Shown: positions 43,699-46,541 of the stretch, one piece after another | Layout: each line of letters starts with the position of its first letter | Position numbering within the stretch: position 1 is the stretch's first letter | Origin: a virus | Taxonomy: Duplodnaviria; Caudoviricetes | Length of the DNA stretch: 46,541 nucleotides | Direction: 5' to 3' (one strand) | IMG/VR virus record: IMGVR_UViG_3300023100_000002 | Coordinates: 1 to 46,541 of that record | Made by a program: the position numbers and the translations under genes | Notes under the pieces: model-generated | What the model was told of the DNA's origin: nothing | The model's input: the letters and a program-made list of their open reading frames with translations, nothing else | Databases searched by the model: none

Positions 43699-43765
43699 TC
43701 GTTCCATCCATGAGCATGATCGTTCTACTGGTGATGTTTATCCGATGATGTAACAGGCGTAGGAT
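43697..43765 (+). promoter_or_regulatory. Repeated promoter module copy
   Basis: GATCGTTCCA, GATCGTTCTA, GATGTTTATC-17bp-TAGGAT. Confidence 0.6.
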
Positions 43766-43800
43766 GTAGTCATCGGGCAGCGGCCTAACGGGAGAGTGAG

Positions 43801-43965
43801 ATGAAGAAGTTCGAAATGCCTAAACTTCCTGACTTTGATAGCTTTGAAGAGTTCCAAGTTGAATGCGCGCGTGTTCGCTGGCAGAACGCTGATTCTTCTG
43901 ATTTTCGCGATTACTATTGGAATGAATATCAAGAGCGCAAGCACCGCTATGAGGCCCGACTGTGA
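43801..43965 (+). CDS. Hypothetical 54-aa protein (not in track)
   Basis: GGAG RBS; GTGA coupling to the next gene. Confidence 0.65.
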   Translation: MKKFEMPKLPDFDSFEEFQVECARVRWQNADSSDFRDYYWNEYQERKHRYEARL

Positions 43966-44165
43966 ACCGTTCAATTCGCCATCAAGACAGGTACACCGAA
44001 ATTCGCCGCGAGACTCAGGCTGACGTAGACCGTGCAGCCATGTGGAAGAGGCTGAATGAACGTAAGGCTCGGAATGCAAAGATCAAGGATCGCATTGTTA
44101 CTTGGTCAGTGATTGGATGCCTGATGATTGTCGTGAAGATGCTTTGGAATGCGGCGGCGGCATAA
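43962..44165 (+). CDS. Hypothetical protein with C-terminal TM
   Basis: Coupled ORF. Confidence 0.6.
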   Translation: MNRSIRHQDRYTEIRRETQADVDRAAMWKRLNERKARNAKIKDRIVTWSVIGCLMIVVKMLWNAAAA

Positions 44166-44167
44166 GT

Positions 44168-44605
44168 ATGAATGTCGTTACCTTGCCGCCAAAAAACCGT
44201 GAGCGCGAGATTGAGCGGGTAGTCATGCTTTGTAGGACGTTTCAGATTGGCAAGCCGGTCAATATTAAGTTCACGATTGCCCGGCCTGAGCGGAGCATTC
44301 CAGAGCTGCGCTACCTGCACGGCGTGCCTTACAAAATGCTATCAGAAGCAATGGGTTATGAGCCGGATGAAATCGCTGAATATCTTTTAGGCCAGTTCTA
44401 CGGGTGGAAGTCCAAGAAGCTGCCGGGCGGTCGAGTTAGCGAATCACCAATCCGGACTACGACAAAAGATGAAGAGGGAAACAGGGATGTAATAAGTGGG
44501 GAGGCATTTTGGTCCTACGTTTCATGGATTCAGCGCGTGGGGGCGAGACACGGAATCATAATTCCTGACCCTGACAAGGAATACGGAGTTGAGAAGCGAC
44601 AATAA
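44168..44605 (+). CDS. NinB-like recombination accessory protein
   Basis: RS...YLHG...TT...F..YV..I...GA..GIIIPDP pattern. Confidence 0.65.
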   Translation: MNVVTLPPKNREREIERVVMLCRTFQIGKPVNIKFTIARPERSIPELRYLHGVPYKMLSEAMGYEPDEIAEYLLGQFYGWKSKKLPGGRVSESPIRTTTKDEEGNRDVISGEAFWSYVSWIQRVGARHGIIIPDPDKEYGVEKRQ

Positions 44606-44768
44606 CCAACTTGATCTATATGACCATGCGCCTAGTCGGATGCTAGCCGCAGCAATAGACCAGCTAGAGACGGCCAAGGTCGATCCCAATTTTTACGGTG
44701 TGGTTAAACAAGACCGCATCGACTTTTATCAGAACGAGGTTAATAGGTGGAAAGCGTTATGCACGTAG
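44589..44768 (+). CDS. Hypothetical 59-aa protein (not in track)
   Basis: TTG start; fills the operon gap. Confidence 0.45.
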   Translation: MRSDNNQLDLYDHAPSRMLAAAIDQLETAKVDPNFYGVVKQDRIDFYQNEVNRWKALCT

Positions 44769-44941
44769 ACTTTAAGCTGCCGAAGATGGGTTCGGCCTAT
44801 TCGCATATCATCAATGAAGGCTGTCACCAGGCTTTGATGGGCATGGCCTACCGCAATCCGTATGAGGGTGAGATTGAGCGTCAGGCGTTCGACTACGGCC
44901 ACGCTAGCGGCATGGCTCATTTCAAGTGGGTGACGCCATGA
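44759..44941 (+). CDS. Hypothetical protein, Rmf-like pattern
   Basis: EG...G...NPY...RQAFDYG. Confidence 0.55.
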   Translation: MHVDFKLPKMGSAYSHIINEGCHQALMGMAYRNPYEGEIERQAFDYGHASGMAHFKWVTP

Positions 44942-45078
44942 AGCGCGGACTGGCTGAATTGGCTGCATTCGTGGTTGGCTATCTGGCCCTGCGATACCTA
45001 AGTGATGCCCCTGCGTGGGGCGCATGTATCGGCGGCTGGGTTCTGGCTATGTGGGTCAGCCTTGGTCTTAAGAAGTGA
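44938..45078 (+). CDS. 46-aa membrane protein (not in track)
   Basis: ATGA/GTGA coupling; 2 hydrophobic segments. Confidence 0.55.
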   Translation: MKRGLAELAAFVVGYLALRYLSDAPAWGACIGGWVLAMWVSLGLKK

Positions 45079-45443
45079 AGTCAGGCCGATCTACCGGCAC
45101 GCCAACCAAGGCTGAGGCTGCACGAATCATTGCAGTAAAAGATTTGGGTTTATGCATGGCCTGCGAGGTTCTTAGGTCGGCAGGCCTTTCCGGCTCAGAT
45201 ACTGAGGGTGTCGATTACCACCACATGAAATCCGGCAACATTCGGCGAGGCCATATGTTCGGCGTCGGACTCTGTACCTGGCATCATCGCCGCTATCCTT
45301 TTGAAGGTGCGACCTGTAAAGAGATGGTGGTTTTGTTTGGGCCAAGCCTGATTGATGGTGGCAAGGCATTCGCTGCTGTATTCGGAAATGACGAAGAACT
45401 TCTCGAAAGGCAGAATCAACTACTAGGAGAGGGTGATGAGTGA
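45075..45443 (+). CDS. Ref-like (recombination enhancement) HNH-fold nuclease
   Basis: CMAC...YHH...GH...GLCTWHH...GPSL...F...FG.DEELL. Confidence 0.75.
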   Translation: MKSGRSTGTPTKAEAARIIAVKDLGLCMACEVLRSAGLSGSDTEGVDYHHMKSGNIRRGHMFGVGLCTWHHRRYPFEGATCKEMVVLFGPSLIDGGKAFAAVFGNDEELLERQNQLLGEGDE

Positions 45444-45747
45444 CTGGCGGCCAATTGAGACTGCACCAAAAGATGGCACTGTAATTGACTTGTGGCTTAA
45501 TTGTTCACGAGATGGAGGGCACAGGGTTGCTGATGCGTATTGGAATCCAAACGGTGAGCACAGCACTTGGAAGGATGGTCGGTGGCGTGATGTAAGAGAG
45601 CCTTGCTGGTATGCGCCTAACTTTGACTATGATGGAGCCGATGGTTGCTGCGAGAAGAGGCGTGTATATGTAGATCATTACATGAAAAATAAATGGGTGT
45701 GGGATGAGCCTACACATTGGATGCCAACGCCTGAGCCGCCTAAATGA
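45436..45747 (+). CDS. DUF551-like phage protein
   Basis: WRPIETAPKDG...PTHWMPTPEPP. Confidence 0.75.
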   Translation: MSDWRPIETAPKDGTVIDLWLNCSRDGGHRVADAYWNPNGEHSTWKDGRWRDVREPCWYAPNFDYDGADGCCEKRRVYVDHYMKNKWVWDEPTHWMPTPEPPK

Positions 45748-45911
45748 CCCGCCAAGAGCAAGCCTACCAAGCGGGCCAATGGGCTAGGCAAGAGGGCAGG
45801 ACTGAGGCGGCAATGCCGCTCTACGGCCCGACTGAGGAATGCATGGTTCTTCGCAAGAAATGGCGCGAAGGCTGGCGGGCTGAGGATGCACAACGGAGTA
45901 AGAAGAAATGA
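45744..45911 (+). CDS. Rmf-like small protein (55 aa, not in track)
   Basis: EQAYQAG...EGR...PLY...RKKWREGWR; ATGA coupling at both ends. Confidence 0.6.
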   Translation: MTRQEQAYQAGQWARQEGRTEAAMPLYGPTEECMVLRKKWREGWRAEDAQRSKKK

Positions 45912-46366
45912 TCTTAGGTATTGATCCAGGCGCTAGTGGCGCATTGGTAGCGCTAGATGAACATCATGAGCCGATTGAGTGGATGCGGATGCCGGTGATG
46001 AAGGAAGGCTCTGCGACTCGCGTTAACGCTTTGGCCGTAGCTGAGTTCATCCGTAGCCTGCCAAGCGATAATATCCGCGCCTACGTCGAGTCAGTTCACT
46101 CTATGCCTAAGCAGGGTGTAACGAGTAGCTTCAATTTCGGCCACTCCGCTGGCGTCATTGCGGGCGTTCTGGCGGCACTGGAAATCCCGACTCTTATGGT
46201 CACGCCTCAGCGCTGGAAGAAGCGAGCCGTTCTGATCGGAACCAATAAGGACGCAGCCCGCAGCAAGGCTATCCAGAAGTGGCCTAAGTGGCGCGAGCTG
46301 GATAGGATCGGTGCAGGGCAGGCATACGCCGATGCTGCATTTATTGCTATCTACGGGCAGGAATGA
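45908..46366 (+). CDS. RuvC-like Holliday junction resolvase
   Basis: ILGIDPG, YVE, FNFG, VTPQRWK, ADAAFIA. Confidence 0.88.
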   Translation: MILGIDPGASGALVALDEHHEPIEWMRMPVMKEGSATRVNALAVAEFIRSLPSDNIRAYVESVHSMPKQGVTSSFNFGHSAGVIAGVLAALEIPTLMVTPQRWKKRAVLIGTNKDAARSKAIQKWPKWRELDRIGAGQAYADAAFIAIYGQE

Positions 46367-46394
46367 GTAGTACAATCGGATAACAGGAGGCGGG

Positions 46395-46541
46395 ATGAGC
46401 AAGCTAGATGAGATGGTGAAGGGCTATATGGATGGCATGGACTGGAACAGCTTTTATGAGCCAGCCTCGCTAGAGCATAAGCCGCCATCCTATAAGCATG
46501 GATTCCGTAATGGCATGGATGATCGAAAGGGACAGCCACGT
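46395..46541 (+). CDS. Hypothetical 65-aa protein continuing across the junction to TGA at 176-178
   Basis: AGGAGG RBS; frame continues through the terminal repeat. Confidence 0.7.
   Translation, partial: MSKLDEMVKGYMDGMDWNSFYEPASLEHKPPSYKHGFRNGMDDRKGQPR
46415..46541. repeat. Terminal direct repeat copy
   Basis: Identical to 1-127. Confidence 0.9.

Noticed and set aside
46415-46541. 127-bp terminal repeat as a biological DTR
   Set aside because: Length matches a common assembler k-mer and it falls mid-ORF; best explained as circular overlap

Overview
This looks like a complete, circularly permuted ~46.4 kb tailed dsDNA phage genome with siphovirus-type morphogenesis genes. The first and last 127 bp are identical, most likely an assembly overlap. 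Order on the + strand: small genes, an HTH gene and dUTPase (0.2-1.8 kb); a tRNA/ncRNA island interrupted by an HNH gene (1.8-3.8 kb); lysis genes (GH19 endolysin, membrane proteins, embedded Rz/Rz1); many small hypothetical genes; terminase, portal, head, tail, J-like tip and a beta-helix fibre (10.8-32.9 kb). A leftward early arm (33-38.4 kb) carries HTH, SSB and ERF genes. A rightward replication/nin-like arm carries HNH, TraR/DksA-like, HD hydrolase, initiator, DnaB, NinB-, Ref- and RuvC-like genes. I see no integrase or clear CI repressor. A Xanthomonadaceae-like host is an inference from protein style only. The most unusual content is non-coding: several structured RNA candidates, including an anticodon-less tRNA mimic, a promoter/terminator-bounded sRNA with anti-Shine-Dalgarno loops and a 135-nt CCA-ended RNA. 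There is also an HNH gene flanked by a duplicated tRNA-Ser 3' end, a six-copy promoter module, and an RBS-sequestering leader before the replication operon. All calls come from reading motifs and base pairing by eye; no searches were run.
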